Below are positions 1 through 9,651 of a DNA stretch of 51,801 nucleotides, piece by piece. Below the pieces are notes generated by a model, which did not search any database, was not told the origin of the DNA, and saw only the letters and a list, made by a program, of their open reading frames with translations. The stretch is from a virus (taxonomy: Duplodnaviria > Caudoviricetes), in the IMG/VR virus record IMGVR_UViG_3300037458_001593, positions 1 to 51,801 of that record; one strand, written 5' to 3'. The translations under genes were made by a program, and so were the position numbers. Within the stretch, counting starts at the first letter, position 1. The number at the start of each line of letters is the position of its first letter.

Positions 1-422
1 CTGCCAATCATAATACCAATAGGTCCAAAATACGAACCAGCAATACCGCCTATCGTAGAGCCGATAGCACCCTTAGTATTGCCCTGAAGCATACTGACTG
101 CACCGCCAGCAAGAGGACCTGCAGCAGAAGCACCAAGAGAGCCAGCGGCACTACCCGCAGCATTACCTGCAGCATTACCTGCAGCACTCGTAGCGGCCTT
201 CTTCACTGCTTCTTCAGCCAGCTTCTTTTTAAGTTGGTCTTCTAGAACAATGCTACCTACTTGAGTAGCTGCTTCTGCTAGCGGTGCTCTTCGAGCCTGG
301 CCTGGCGGGGGTGCCTGCTCCTGACTCGTAGGCATTTGTTGAAGCACTGCTGGCAGTCTTGAGCCTGCACTTGCCCATTGCCAAGGACGATCGAATTCAG
401 CAAAGACATCTTGCGGTTCCAT
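1..422 (-). CDS. Partial internal virion/ejection protein (runs off left edge)
   Basis: ATG at 422 overlaps upstream stop (TAATG); open to window edge; MEPQDVFAEFDRPWQWA... followed by Gly/Ala-rich segment (GAIGSTIGGIAGSYFGPIG) typical of membrane-penetrating ejection proteins. Confidence 0.6.
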   Translation of the reverse strand, partial: MEPQDVFAEFDRPWQWASAGSRLPAVLQQMPTSQEQAPPPGQARRAPLAEAATQVGSIVLEDQLKKKLAEEAVKKAATSAAGNAAGNAAGSAAGSLGASAAGPLAGGAVSMLQGNTKGAIGSTIGGIAGSYFGPIGIMIG

Positions 423-1168
423 TATTTACCTCCACTTGTTTGTTGCTGCCTAGCAGGATTACCGTAAATTGTAGATGCATAACGACTGAGAGCTTGCCAA
501 TCTCTACCTAGATCTGCATCTTCAATTTCACGCTCTTGAGCACCCAATGCAGAAAGAGATTTGGTAGCGGTAGTGGTAAGTCCCATACCAGTAGTCGTAA
601 GACCTGCTTGCTGTCCAGCAGCGGTACCAATAGCACCTTCAGCAGCCAGCCTGTTCCTGAAGTTTGTATCTGCAGCCCGCAGATCAATCTCGCCAAGTGC
701 CCCTGCCAGAGAAGCGTCACGAGCGCCGGCACGGACAGCCTGCCTGGCGCTGCCTAGGGTACCTGCCTGACCAAAGGCAAGATTATCACTTGCGCTAGCA
801 GCTTTAGCTTCATCGATTGCCTTCTGACGAAGACCTGCTGGATCGAATCCTCCAGAGCTCGCAAGAGAACCGAGTCGAGCCTGGCTACTGTCTAGGATGT
901 TTGCTTGATTTGCTAAACTTTGTGTGCCATACAATGCTGAATCTGCAATAGCTCGAGCACCGCCACCGAAAGCTGCTTGCAGATTAGGATTAACACCGGC
1001 AACGGTACCTAGATCCCCTGCCTTATAATGCGCTTCAGTTTCATTTCCTACATTCTTAATATATGGGACTGCCCATTCTGGGATACTATCTACTGTATCC
1101 CCGCCGCCTCCTTTGTAAAGACGATGCAAGACAAGGGGCTTAGTCTTTTTTGACTTCCTTGATTTCAT
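422..1168 (-). CDS. Putative ejection (DNA transfer) protein
   Basis: 248 aa, Ala/Gly/Gln-rich, no Cys; basic leader followed by KGGGG, resembling P22 gp7-type ejection proteins; follows tail genes. Confidence 0.55.
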   Translation of the reverse strand: MKSRKSKKTKPLVLHRLYKGGGGDTVDSIPEWAVPYIKNVGNETEAHYKAGDLGTVAGVNPNLQAAFGGGARAIADSALYGTQSLANQANILDSSQARLGSLASSGGFDPAGLRQKAIDEAKAASASDNLAFGQAGTLGSARQAVRAGARDASLAGALGEIDLRAADTNFRNRLAAEGAIGTAAGQQAGLTTTGMGLTTTATKSLSALGAQEREIEDADLGRDWQALSRYASTIYGNPARQQQTSGGK

Positions 1169-1602
1169 AATTTCTTTCTCATTACATGATATACTGTTTC
1201 AAAACCAGGTATCTCTTTTGAAAGTGTACGAGACCATCCCGGCCTTCCCCATTGTTCCAACGCAATAGCACCGTTGTCCTTTGCAAATTTCTCTACGATA
1301 TGCAACAAGGATTTCCACTGCTTCCACCCTTCACCTGCATAAGCTACAATATGCAATGTCTTATGCTGTGAGTATTGAAGGAATTGAGTCACACCAACAC
1401 CTAGAAGGGTAGTACCGTCTACTACCGCCCATATCTGTGCTTTTTGATTCAGTGCCTTCTTAAGATAATCCAAAGAAGTGGACTCTGCTTGGCCAGTTCT
1501 CAATGCCTTTGTGATTGGCGGTTCTAGAACATTCCAACTAAGTGCTACTACTTCCGGCGATAACAATCTAAGTTCAATACAAGGTTGGTGTTCTTCCATC
1601 AT
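1165..1602 (-). CDS. GNAT-fold/T7 gp13-like virion assembly protein
   Basis: LHIVAYAG...IVEKFAKDNGAIALEQWGRPGWSR matches the small GNAT-like protein usually preceding podovirus ejection genes; start moved to ATG 1602 (1599 also possible). Confidence 0.55.
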   Translation of the reverse strand: MMEEHQPCIELRLLSPEVVALSWNVLEPPITKALRTGQAESTSLDYLKKALNQKAQIWAVVDGTTLLGVGVTQFLQYSQHKTLHIVAYAGEGWKQWKSLLHIVEKFAKDNGAIALEQWGRPGWSRTLSKEIPGFETVYHVMRKKL

Positions 1603-2566
1603 CAGCAACTGCTCTATAATTAGTGATGTAGTCATGCGCGACTAGCATGTACTTATCCTTAGCAGAGAGATCGTCAAATCTGTAGTAACCAGATTCATTT
1701 AATTTTCCGGATGCAATTACCTGAAAGTCAGTCTCACGGATAAGTAAAAGTACACCATTATAAGGTAATTTCGCGGTTCCAATTTTTCTCTTTAAGGTAC
1801 CTTCTAAATATCCTGAACGATGATCAGGAATACCGAAGTTATTCAAAAAGTCTAAACGCGCATCCCGACTATGCAGCTTTGAGAGATCACCTGTAATTCT
1901 GTCTTGTGTGGTTGTCAGCCCAGAAAGCGCAGCTACGGAACCTGTAACTTTACCTTGCAGTAGCCTAGTGTCATATATTAGGCTTTCAACATCTGTGGGT
2001 GTATCTGTTGCGTATACCTTATGGAGACGAACACCAGCACCGTATCCTAGGAATGATGGAATCACATTTGCTGTTACGCCAGATTGTCCAATCCATCCAA
2101 GAAAACCGTCACGATAAATTGCAATTCTGCGTATAGAGCCTACAACATAAGTGTCTACTCTTGTGATGCCTCTTCCAACTGTATTGCATACTGTTCCATA
2201 CGAGCCAGACCAGCTGGAGCCCCAGTTTGCTGTATAGTAAGCATACCAATAATTAGCAACAAAATCGCCGGGAATCATACCTACAGAGAAGACTCCCGGG
2301 GAAGCTGCGCTAGCAACTAGGCCTACTCCAAATAAACAATTAGAAGGAATTGTTAATTGCTGAAAGTCTAACTCAACACGTAATGCTGTTTTTGCAGTCA
2401 GAGAAGTAAACAACCAATGGTAGTAGAAAGTAGTATCACTAGGTGTTAAATCAACAGCCTGCTCACCAGCATTATATGAAGGAGTCATACTTCCAGATCC
2501 GGAATATGCAGTTGCAAAACCGCCAGGTATTCCGCTACTGAAAGTTTCATTAATCAGTACTGTCAT
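1574..2566 (-). CDS. Tail fibre-associated/receptor-binding protein
   Basis: Beta-rich N-part, C-terminal Ig/prealbumin-like segment (SGYYRFDDL...YMLVAHD); ATG 2566 overlaps upstream TAA. Confidence 0.5.
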   Translation of the reverse strand: MTVLINETFSSGIPGGFATAYSGSGSMTPSYNAGEQAVDLTPSDTTFYYHWLFTSLTAKTALRVELDFQQLTIPSNCLFGVGLVASAASPGVFSVGMIPGDFVANYWYAYYTANWGSSWSGSYGTVCNTVGRGITRVDTYVVGSIRRIAIYRDGFLGWIGQSGVTANVIPSFLGYGAGVRLHKVYATDTPTDVESLIYDTRLLQGKVTGSVAALSGLTTTQDRITGDLSKLHSRDARLDFLNNFGIPDHRSGYLEGTLKRKIGTAKLPYNGVLLLIRETDFQVIASGKLNESGYYRFDDLSAKDKYMLVAHDYITNYRAVADDGRTPTLY

Positions 2567-3825
2567 TAATACTCCCAAGGACCTGTTATGTCAAATGCAA
2601 GTCTTGAGTAGCTAAGATTTGTAGCGGCCATATCTGCGCATGACAATACAATAAACAATCTATCAGGGTAGCCTGTTACATTAGACATAATTGCACCGTC
2701 ATTATCTGGATTGTTCATATTATTTCCGATAAAGAAGATGCCAGGAAACACTCCTCTGTTATGTGCTCTATTTTCCCAGACATACGAGGGTGATAGCTGT
2801 ATACTTTGGTTTGGTCCATTCGGAAAGCTAAGACCAACATGATAACCAGAGCGAAGACCAGAGGCGGTATCGTAGGATGGAGAAAGAGAAAACTTAGGAG
2901 CAGTTACATGCGAACCAATACCAGTATACGCTTTGTAAATTATTTCTCCACTCCATGGGGTATTCCTGTGATTATATGCACCGGAGCCTGGACCACAATT
3001 TCCACCGGCACAGACATCTGAGGCTATATTTCCTTCGTTCCAATTGTCGGTAGCCCACAAGAATACATTATTTACATCTGCTGGTTTGAAGGACTTAAAA
3101 TCTCCAAAGCCGTACACACGACGTGCCCAAAAACTTCCAGCACAACTAACTAGGAAATAGAAAGCGCGATCATCACCTACAATTACATAAGTAGCGCCTG
3201 AAACATTATTCGCGCTAGTTTGCCCATTTCCTGAATTATGCGATTGATGCCACTTGAACCAGCCCCAGTCTGGAATAGCTGACAAAGTATATGGAGCAAA
3301 TTGAGCAGTGAAAGTATCAACATCTGACATCGAAGGTCCGAAGGATACTTTGCCCTGTATCTGCCGCCCAGACACCCAACCCGGATGCGTGCCGTTATCT
3401 ACGCGTAGATAATGTCGATTTCCAAGTACATTTGGAGAACGATAGACACCCTTATGTGTTCCGCTAAATTCCTTTACAAATCCCAATTGGGATGTCTTTG
3501 CTGTTATCGTACCTGTCGCTGCGCCGGGAGTAGTTGAGATTTTGTACTCAAACCAATCTGTTGCAATATTTGTAACTCGAAACTCCCCATTGTAGTCTGA
3601 GGGAGAGGCACCTGCTATTGTTACAACCTGATTCAACCAGTAGCTATGCCCAGTACATGCTGCACGTACTACATCACCAGTTCGCGTTAAACTAGTTACT
3701 GTCTTTGTATTAAAACCATTTACAAGAACATCATCGAGTACTGTAATCATCGAGCCGAACGAATTGTTCGCCATGCTCGGTGCGCCAGCCATCGAGGAGA
3801 AAATCCATTTTACAGGGGCTGTCAT
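2566..3825 (-). CDS. Tail fibre-like protein
   Basis: 419 aa; N-terminus MAGAPS...ITVLDDVLVNGF and VTIAGASPSDYNGEFRVT resemble proteobacterial phage tail proteins. Confidence 0.6.
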   Translation of the reverse strand: MTAPVKWIFSSMAGAPSMANNSFGSMITVLDDVLVNGFNTKTVTSLTRTGDVVRAACTGHSYWLNQVVTIAGASPSDYNGEFRVTNIATDWFEYKISTTPGAATGTITAKTSQLGFVKEFSGTHKGVYRSPNVLGNRHYLRVDNGTHPGWVSGRQIQGKVSFGPSMSDVDTFTAQFAPYTLSAIPDWGWFKWHQSHNSGNGQTSANNVSGATYVIVGDDRAFYFLVSCAGSFWARRVYGFGDFKSFKPADVNNVFLWATDNWNEGNIASDVCAGGNCGPGSGAYNHRNTPWSGEIIYKAYTGIGSHVTAPKFSLSPSYDTASGLRSGYHVGLSFPNGPNQSIQLSPSYVWENRAHNRGVFPGIFFIGNNMNNPDNDGAIMSNVTGYPDRLFIVLSCADMAATNLSYSRLAFDITGPWEY

Positions 3826-3830
3826 GATGT

Positions 3831-4031
3831 TTAGTTCACTCCTATACCAATTCCACGAGTAAGATACTGGCTGTTCGTACTGCTTGAGAGATTCAAGTAA
3901 TTTTGCGGCGTTCTTTCACAGAAAAATACAAGTTCTGAAGTAGGACTCCGATCTTCCTTAAATACCAGATCAAAATCACATTCCTCATCTCCGATTACAC
4001 TGACAACATAGCGATAAGGATTTAGAAACAT
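3831..4031 (-). CDS. Small virion protein with C-terminal NSQYL motif
   Basis: 66 aa from ATG 4031 (MFLNPYRY); ends LNLSSSTNSQYLTRGIGIGVN, similar to the end of 13493-13801. Confidence 0.55.
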   Translation of the reverse strand: MFLNPYRYVVSVIGDEECDFDLVFKEDRSPTSELVFFCERTPQNYLNLSSSTNSQYLTRGIGIGVN

Positions 4032-4039
4032 GTGAGATA

Positions 4040-5104
4040 CTAGGCCTGTACACCGATCAAGGATACTTTCAACCCAGAACAACCAGTCCCAGTGGCAATT
4101 ATTTGAACTTCAATAACTGAGTCATTGGGAAGCGACACTACTGGAGTTGATAGCACTGCAGGAACTGTTGCAAGTTCACTAGACGTTGTAGTATTACTTA
4201 TTGTAAGTCGAGTGTTAAATATGCTGACACCATCCCGCAAGATGTCTAACTCAAATGTAGCTCCTGATGTTTGTGCTGTATTTAGAGATGCCTTTACTTT
4301 TGAAAGCAGGAAGCCATATGGCATCCTAAATACAAAACATGTACCGGGGACTAATTGCGTAGTTTCATCACTACAGGCTAATGGTATGCAGTGTGTTACA
4401 GTTACTTTTACTGTATTCACAAAGTCAAGCAACAAACGTTGAGTGGCGACATCAGCGGCACTGAGCATTGCAAGACCAGCAGGAGATGCCGTCAACTCTG
4501 TTACAATGCCTGCTGGACCTGCAACTCTTCCTAGAACAACTCCGCCACTGATATTCTGAAACTTTCCAAAAGTTACCGAACTGTCTGAATACTTAGCAGT
4601 TGTCAACGAACCATCTGGAACCGTATCGGAGGGCAGTCCTAGTAATGGAAGGATATAGTCGAGGTCAATTGGTGTGCCTGTTTCTGGTACCGGAGACCAA
4701 AGACCTGAAGGTAATACTGTATCTACTTTAAAATCAATTGCTCTTCCGCCAAGGCATCTGAAATAGAACTTATCAGCCGCTTCGAAACCTGCAGGATTAG
4801 CTGTGGCTGTCCATGTGTAATTCGTGTAATCGAGCGATTCTGTTGCAGATTCTGAATTAAATGTGCCGTAGTACTTTCTACCTAGATATGTATCACCAAA
4901 GTTGGTTCCAACCTTATCATCAGCAAATTTAATATGCAGATAACGATAAAGATAACCTAGAATTTGATTGTTGATACCACTACGAATCTCTCCTGTTTGT
5001 GAATTCCACTGTGAAAGCGGCGGGAGACTACGCAAATACTGGACAATACTAGCAAGCAGATTGTCAAGCTCTTCATTTCCAGTAACAACGGAGGAGAGCA
5101 GCAT
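4040..5104 (-). CDS. Tail fibre/fibre-attachment protein
   Basis: 354 aa; YLYRYLHIKFADD N-domain, VPDGSLTTAKYSDSSVTFGK fibre-like repeat, C-terminal FRMPY...GLKVSLIG beta domain. Confidence 0.55.
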   Translation of the reverse strand: MLLSSVVTGNEELDNLLASIVQYLRSLPPLSQWNSQTGEIRSGINNQILGYLYRYLHIKFADDKVGTNFGDTYLGRKYYGTFNSESATESLDYTNYTWTATANPAGFEAADKFYFRCLGGRAIDFKVDTVLPSGLWSPVPETGTPIDLDYILPLLGLPSDTVPDGSLTTAKYSDSSVTFGKFQNISGGVVLGRVAGPAGIVTELTASPAGLAMLSAADVATQRLLLDFVNTVKVTVTHCIPLACSDETTQLVPGTCFVFRMPYGFLLSKVKASLNTAQTSGATFELDILRDGVSIFNTRLTISNTTTSSELATVPAVLSTPVVSLPNDSVIEVQIIATGTGCSGLKVSLIGVQA

Positions 5105-5107
5105 AAA

Positions 5108-6673
5108 TCACCTCGCATCACCTGGAGAGACATTGAGACCGATAAATACCAGCTTCCATGGAATTAAACCTTCAACTCTGAGGTCTACAAAACGATTTAT
5201 GGAACGCGGATCTATCTTGTGATTAAAAGGAAGCTGTCTTGGCTGTACAGTAAAGGCTTCTCGACCGTCAGTGTTTGTCCAGTTTACTGCTCTATCGTAT
5301 ACATCGCCGCCTGATACACGAATAGTTACAGTGTCATTATCATTTTGAACAAGTAGCAAGACTGCAATTGTACCAATGTAGGACATCTCTAGAGGATTCC
5401 CAAGGAACAATTTCTCTCTGGAAACATAGCTAAGGAACGGAACAAAATCAGTACCGTTGTACATCAGATTCCCAGAATCAAAAAGGAAAGTCTTGGCAGT
5501 CTTCTGGCAACCAATCAATGTCTCAAGCTTGTTAGAAAAGGTAGAACTAACGATACTTCTGGAGATAAACAGGCTTGACACAGCAGGTAGCGAGCGCGCA
5601 GTCCAAGTGTTATTCTTATAGTTATATACAACAGCTTTTACGCACAGGCCACTCGAGCCTGACATCGGGTACGCGACCAGAATTTCTGAGAACCTGGTGT
5701 TGCAAATGCAAAATACTTTATCTAGATATGCGGTATCTACCTCTTGGAAGAATCTATCTCCAATTCTGCCTTCAGATACTGATTGCGGAACGCCTGTACC
5801 GTTGTGAACGTAGATTGTATTTCGGTCTACCGCAAAATGTTTCCCATCAAACTCTACAACACAGTTTGCATTCAGAGCACCGTAACCAGGCATATAACTG
5901 CTTCTAGTAGTAACGCCATTTAATCTACTCAGCATGCTAATTGAATCGGAGGAGTAGATAAAGAGATTGCCACGCAGCTCTCTCATTTCTACGATACCAC
6001 TCTTCGAATTGATCTCGAATTCATCTGCGGTATCTGTTGAGATACCAGGCTCCCAAACAGCAGGAAAGCCACCGATAGGTGCTTGAACAGAAACACGAAC
6101 TGTTACTGGGGCATAGGTAGTGTTACCGCCTTTGGTAACTGTTAAATTTGCGGCAGCAAGGGCATATCCAAATGGACGAATGATCTTCGCAGTTACAGTA
6201 TTGCCGCCGTAGTTCCATCCGGGAAAATCTATGAATGCATTATCTGCGAGAGTATCATTGTATAATGCATATTTAGGCGTACTATTGCCATCATTCGCAA
6301 TTACAGCATAACCGCCCCCGAACAGGTCAAACATCCATGTTGCATTTGCATGTCCTGAGCCTGGATTGTACAACAAACTCTCAGTACCGTCTGCCAATCT
6401 TTTGCAGATCTTAGCATCTTTTGCAAAGATATCGCATGGTGAAACAGGTCTCGGCCAATGAATACCGTATTCAGGTGTCAGTGACGCAACCGTTGCATAC
6501 AAAGATTCCCCGAGAGTACTATAAATGGCCTTGTTTCGAAATCTAACATTAAGAGCATCTGTGAATACATTCGGGGGTAGCTGCGCAGCAGGCACATCCC
6601 AATTGATTCCGCCTTCTGCGAGTGATTCGATAGGAATCAGTGAATCTTGCTTGTTCATTTGTTTACTCGGCAT
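5108..6673 (-). CDS. Tail nozzle/DNA stabilization protein (P22 gp10/T7 gp12-like)
   Basis: About 520 aa beta-propeller-like; GGINWDVPAAQLPPNVFTDALNVRF start and VYNYKNNTW motif; start trimmed to ATG 6673 (6658 possible). Confidence 0.65.
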   Translation of the reverse strand: MPSKQMNKQDSLIPIESLAEGGINWDVPAAQLPPNVFTDALNVRFRNKAIYSTLGESLYATVASLTPEYGIHWPRPVSPCDIFAKDAKICKRLADGTESLLYNPGSGHANATWMFDLFGGGYAVIANDGNSTPKYALYNDTLADNAFIDFPGWNYGGNTVTAKIIRPFGYALAAANLTVTKGGNTTYAPVTVRVSVQAPIGGFPAVWEPGISTDTADEFEINSKSGIVEMRELRGNLFIYSSDSISMLSRLNGVTTRSSYMPGYGALNANCVVEFDGKHFAVDRNTIYVHNGTGVPQSVSEGRIGDRFFQEVDTAYLDKVFCICNTRFSEILVAYPMSGSSGLCVKAVVYNYKNNTWTARSLPAVSSLFISRSIVSSTFSNKLETLIGCQKTAKTFLFDSGNLMYNGTDFVPFLSYVSREKLFLGNPLEMSYIGTIAVLLLVQNDNDTVTIRVSGGDVYDRAVNWTNTDGREAFTVQPRQLPFNHKIDPRSINRFVDLRVEGLIPWKLVFIGLNVSPGDAR

Positions 6674-7223
6674 ACGAACGTTGTCTGTATTTATTCCAAA
6701 GATCGAATCGATTCCAGTACTCTGCTTCAGCAAGCCTTCTTAGAGTGAGCCCACGCAATATTTTGCCTTTGGACTTATTCCAGCGGGACAATTGAAAAGG
6801 AACCTCTTCCCATCTAGTAACATCATTTATACATTTGCGTAGGGTAGACCCTGCCAGATTAGCGATACCTATATTGTACACTAAGCTTAGAATTGCAGAG
6901 ATCTTGTAGCAATCCCCTGTGCGAATACTGTACGGCAACAGATCAGGGCATAGCCTAGTGAGCCTGGGAAGAAAGTCTTTCAATGTAACATTGAGCATTA
7001 ACTGATACCCTTCCTCTAATGAAATAGGAGGATCAGATAATGTAACTCTTTGCCCATTTGTATAGTAAGTATTGCCAAAGCCTATTGTTGGAACGCCAGC
7101 GGGGCACAGATACGGCCTCTCCCTAAATCCTTCAAATTGTGCTTTTAAATAGAAGGCAGGTTCAACCAGAGTTTTGATTGTTTCTAGTTGTTGCGAGTTC
7201 AAGTAATCCACGGAGACGATCAT
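6663..7223 (-). CDS. Endolysin, GH24 phage lysozyme
   Basis: FEGFRERPYLCPAGVPTIGFG (E-x8-C-x5-T triad), SLVYNIG, LRGLTLRRLAE. Confidence 0.9.
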   Translation of the reverse strand: MIVSVDYLNSQQLETIKTLVEPAFYLKAQFEGFRERPYLCPAGVPTIGFGNTYYTNGQRVTLSDPPISLEEGYQLMLNVTLKDFLPRLTRLCPDLLPYSIRTGDCYKISAILSLVYNIGIANLAGSTLRKCINDVTRWEEVPFQLSRWNKSKGKILRGLTLRRLAEAEYWNRFDLWNKYRQRSYAE

Positions 7224-7521
7224 CTAAATTTATTGAACTTTGATGGAAACGACTACAGTCATCCCGGTCTACCTTAGCATCTAACTTTCTTTCTATTCTC
7301 TCGAGTACTTCATGAATGTCTGAACGAATACCTTTCAGATCTTCCTTACGAACATAAGCCAAGCCAAGCTCACGCTCGAGTTCTGCAAGTTTCATTCGCA
7401 ATTCACGAATAAGTCCCCACATTTCCTTTGCAAGCCAACCACCAATGCCAATACCTAACGTAATTAGCATATTAAAGAAGGCACTATTCAACACTGCTTC
7501 AAGCACATCAGATACATTCAT
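7162..7521 (-). CDS. Holin-like/lysis-associated membrane protein
   Basis: One N-terminal TM helix plus coiled coil (YVRKEDL...IERKLD), directly upstream of lysozyme. Confidence 0.5.
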   Translation of the reverse strand: MNVSDVLEAVLNSAFFNMLITLGIGIGGWLAKEMWGLIRELRMKLAELERELGLAYVRKEDLKGIRSDIHEVLERIERKLDAKVDRDDCSRFHQSSINLDDRLRGLLELATTRNNQNSG

Positions 7522-7527
7522 GACTTG

Positions 7528-8016
7528 TCATAGCCCACGAGATTTCAAAGTTCTATCGAGAAACCAGTAATTGGTAGTTGCTCCAACCAGTGCGACAAAG
7601 TCAGAGGTCATTACCAGACTGTATATCTCTTTTACATCATTAGTTGCGGAGAATGCCAGCCACAGATGCATGAAGGACCAGATAAAAAGAACCCAGTAAG
7701 TGACGGTAGGTCGAACGAGAGATGTAAATGAGGCTACAAAACCTGGACCTGCTGCTTTCACAAGCTCCGTTTGCTGAGCAATGGCCGAATTGAAGGAATC
7801 TAGAACTGCATTGTCTACGGTACCTCTGATCTCTTCAACAGTACGCGATAACTTTGCAGCCTCGCGTTCCATTTCGATACGATTTGTGAGTTCTGTAAGC
7901 TGCAATTCATGAACTCTCTCTGATTTCTTATCGAGAAACTTAATGAACTCTGGTATCAAGCGAAATACACCACCTACGACAGTGCCAAGAATACCGCCAG
8001 ACAAAATATCCAACAT
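7528..8016 (-). CDS. Holin-like membrane protein
   Basis: Hydrophobic N-terminus, VRPTVTY then TM, YWFLDRTL end; adjacent to lysis genes. Confidence 0.55.
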   Translation of the reverse strand: MLDILSGGILGTVVGGVFRLIPEFIKFLDKKSERVHELQLTELTNRIEMEREAAKLSRTVEEIRGTVDNAVLDSFNSAIAQQTELVKAAGPGFVASFTSLVRPTVTYWVLFIWSFMHLWLAFSATNDVKEIYSLVMTSDFVALVGATTNYWFLDRTLKSRGL

Positions 8017-8031
8017 TTCGAATTCCTCTAT

Positions 8032-8673
8032 CTATACAACTGTAGCATTTTCGACTTCAACCTGCATTCGTAAACCCAGATTCATTCCTGCTCTACGAAT
8101 ACGCATAGGCTCTGTATTTGTAAACTGAACCAATTGACGCTCTACCAAAAAACGATCCCTTTGCTGTCTATAACATAGCCAATTGTTTTTCAAGTAGAAC
8201 AGCAAAATATCATTCTCATTCAACAAAGTAGCAGGCCTCCGCTTGTCATCGAAAGAAAGAAATGGGCTATACTCTGCATTATTGAGAACTATAAGAACTC
8301 TAGTAGATATGCCAACATCAAACCAGCTGAAATGAAGTATTCCAGCAGCCATGTAGGCCAATGCCCAATTCATATTCTGATCGAAAGATAACGAAAATTC
8401 TGTGATACCTGGTGATGTTACCGCTACAATGAAGTCATTGGCATTGGTACTTGGATAGATTCTTATATCATTCCCGACGAGACTGGCAGTCCATTCTTTG
8501 ACTAGCAAGCCTTGTGTTGGATCTTGTAGAGCAATTCCACCAAGCTCATGATCCTTTATAAGCAATAGATTAGAAGGTGTACTGCTGACATCCACTTCAC
8601 GCAAGATGTCGTCTGGTGCTTTCCAAGTGCTTATCGGAGCTTGTGCATAAAGCTCATTTTTGGGTAAAGCCAT
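8032..8673 (-). CDS. Putative tail protein
   Basis: 213 aa; LGGIALQDPTQGL, SLSFDQN, YRQQRDRF motifs seen in phage tail modules. Confidence 0.5.
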   Translation of the reverse strand: MALPKNELYAQAPISTWKAPDDILREVDVSSTPSNLLLIKDHELGGIALQDPTQGLLVKEWTASLVGNDIRIYPSTNANDFIVAVTSPGITEFSLSFDQNMNWALAYMAAGILHFSWFDVGISTRVLIVLNNAEYSPFLSFDDKRRPATLLNENDILLFYLKNNWLCYRQQRDRFLVERQLVQFTNTEPMRIRRAGMNLGLRMQVEVENATVV

Positions 8674-8682
8674 ACGTTATCG

Positions 8683-9651
8683 TCATGGTCGACGACTCCA
8701 TGTAAAGGAGAAGGTTAGACTGCCTGTCTTAGTAGCATCCTTGTTGTAAGCGGGTGTAAACCCTATCTTATAAGGGTTGCAACCACCATCAAAGTAGTCA
8801 CCGTATATCATTGGCAATGCAACAGTGACACCTCCAGAAAGATTTCCTTCGGCCTCAGGCAATGGATACGTGTTCTCTTTCTTGTAGGAGCCACTAACGT
8901 ATGAGCCAATAGTATAATATCCACCTGTGTCTGCAGAGGCACCAGCAGGTGCAAGACCGACAGCTTGAAGAGCCCCGTTATATACCCTGAGACCTGCCCG
9001 ACCGGGTGCTGAGCCGCCGCGCATCCAATTCCCAACAACCATTTGCGCCGCAAGATCGGAAGACTGACCTCCATCAAATCTTGCAATGTAATCGTGTGAG
9101 GTACCTGAAATTACCTTGGTACCTGTTACATCGGTCTCACTGTAATACACACGCAGTTCGTACTGCAGCGTCAAATAATCAATACTCGTGACAACTAGTG
9201 AGGTTGGATCACCATTGGAATCACGGATAAGTTCACGACTCCATAGTGTAGTTAGATTGCGACCTACACCAACTTCTGTCCAAGTTCCTGCAGCTGCACC
9301 TTTTGGTGTTTGAACAGACCAACGGCTCCAGGAATACCTTGGTGAAGAAGTTACATTGCCGTGTACTACATCGTAAGACAAATTTTGCGGAAGAGCAATA
9401 GAATACAGTGTACCACTTAGCGCAGTATCCGCAATACTCGGTACCGCCGTGCCCGTACCTACGCCAATGTAAGCAGTCCAAGAGGTACCATTGATGCCAA
9501 TCCCATTCAAACCCAAATCCGTAATTAGATTCTTGAATTCACACTTCTGCTTTACATTTCCAGCTTCATCTGAGACAATCAGGCTGAAATGGCCTTCAAG
9601 ACCCAGATTCACCGGGACTAGTATATTAGAACCTTTAAATGCTTGTTTCAT
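8683..9651 (-). CDS. Putative tail protein
   Basis: 322 aa; FKNLITDLGLN...IGVGTGT...DTAL and GTWTEVGV tail-fibre N-domain-like motifs. Confidence 0.55.
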   Translation of the reverse strand: MKQAFKGSNILVPVNLGLEGHFSLIVSDEAGNVKQKCEFKNLITDLGLNGIGINGTSWTAYIGVGTGTAVPSIADTALSGTLYSIALPQNLSYDVVHGNVTSSPRYSWSRWSVQTPKGAAAGTWTEVGVGRNLTTLWSRELIRDSNGDPTSLVVTSIDYLTLQYELRVYYSETDVTGTKVISGTSHDYIARFDGGQSSDLAAQMVVGNWMRGGSAPGRAGLRVYNGALQAVGLAPAGASADTGGYYTIGSYVSGSYKKENTYPLPEAEGNLSGGVTVALPMIYGDYFDGGCNPYKIGFTPAYNKDATKTGSLTFSFTWSRRP

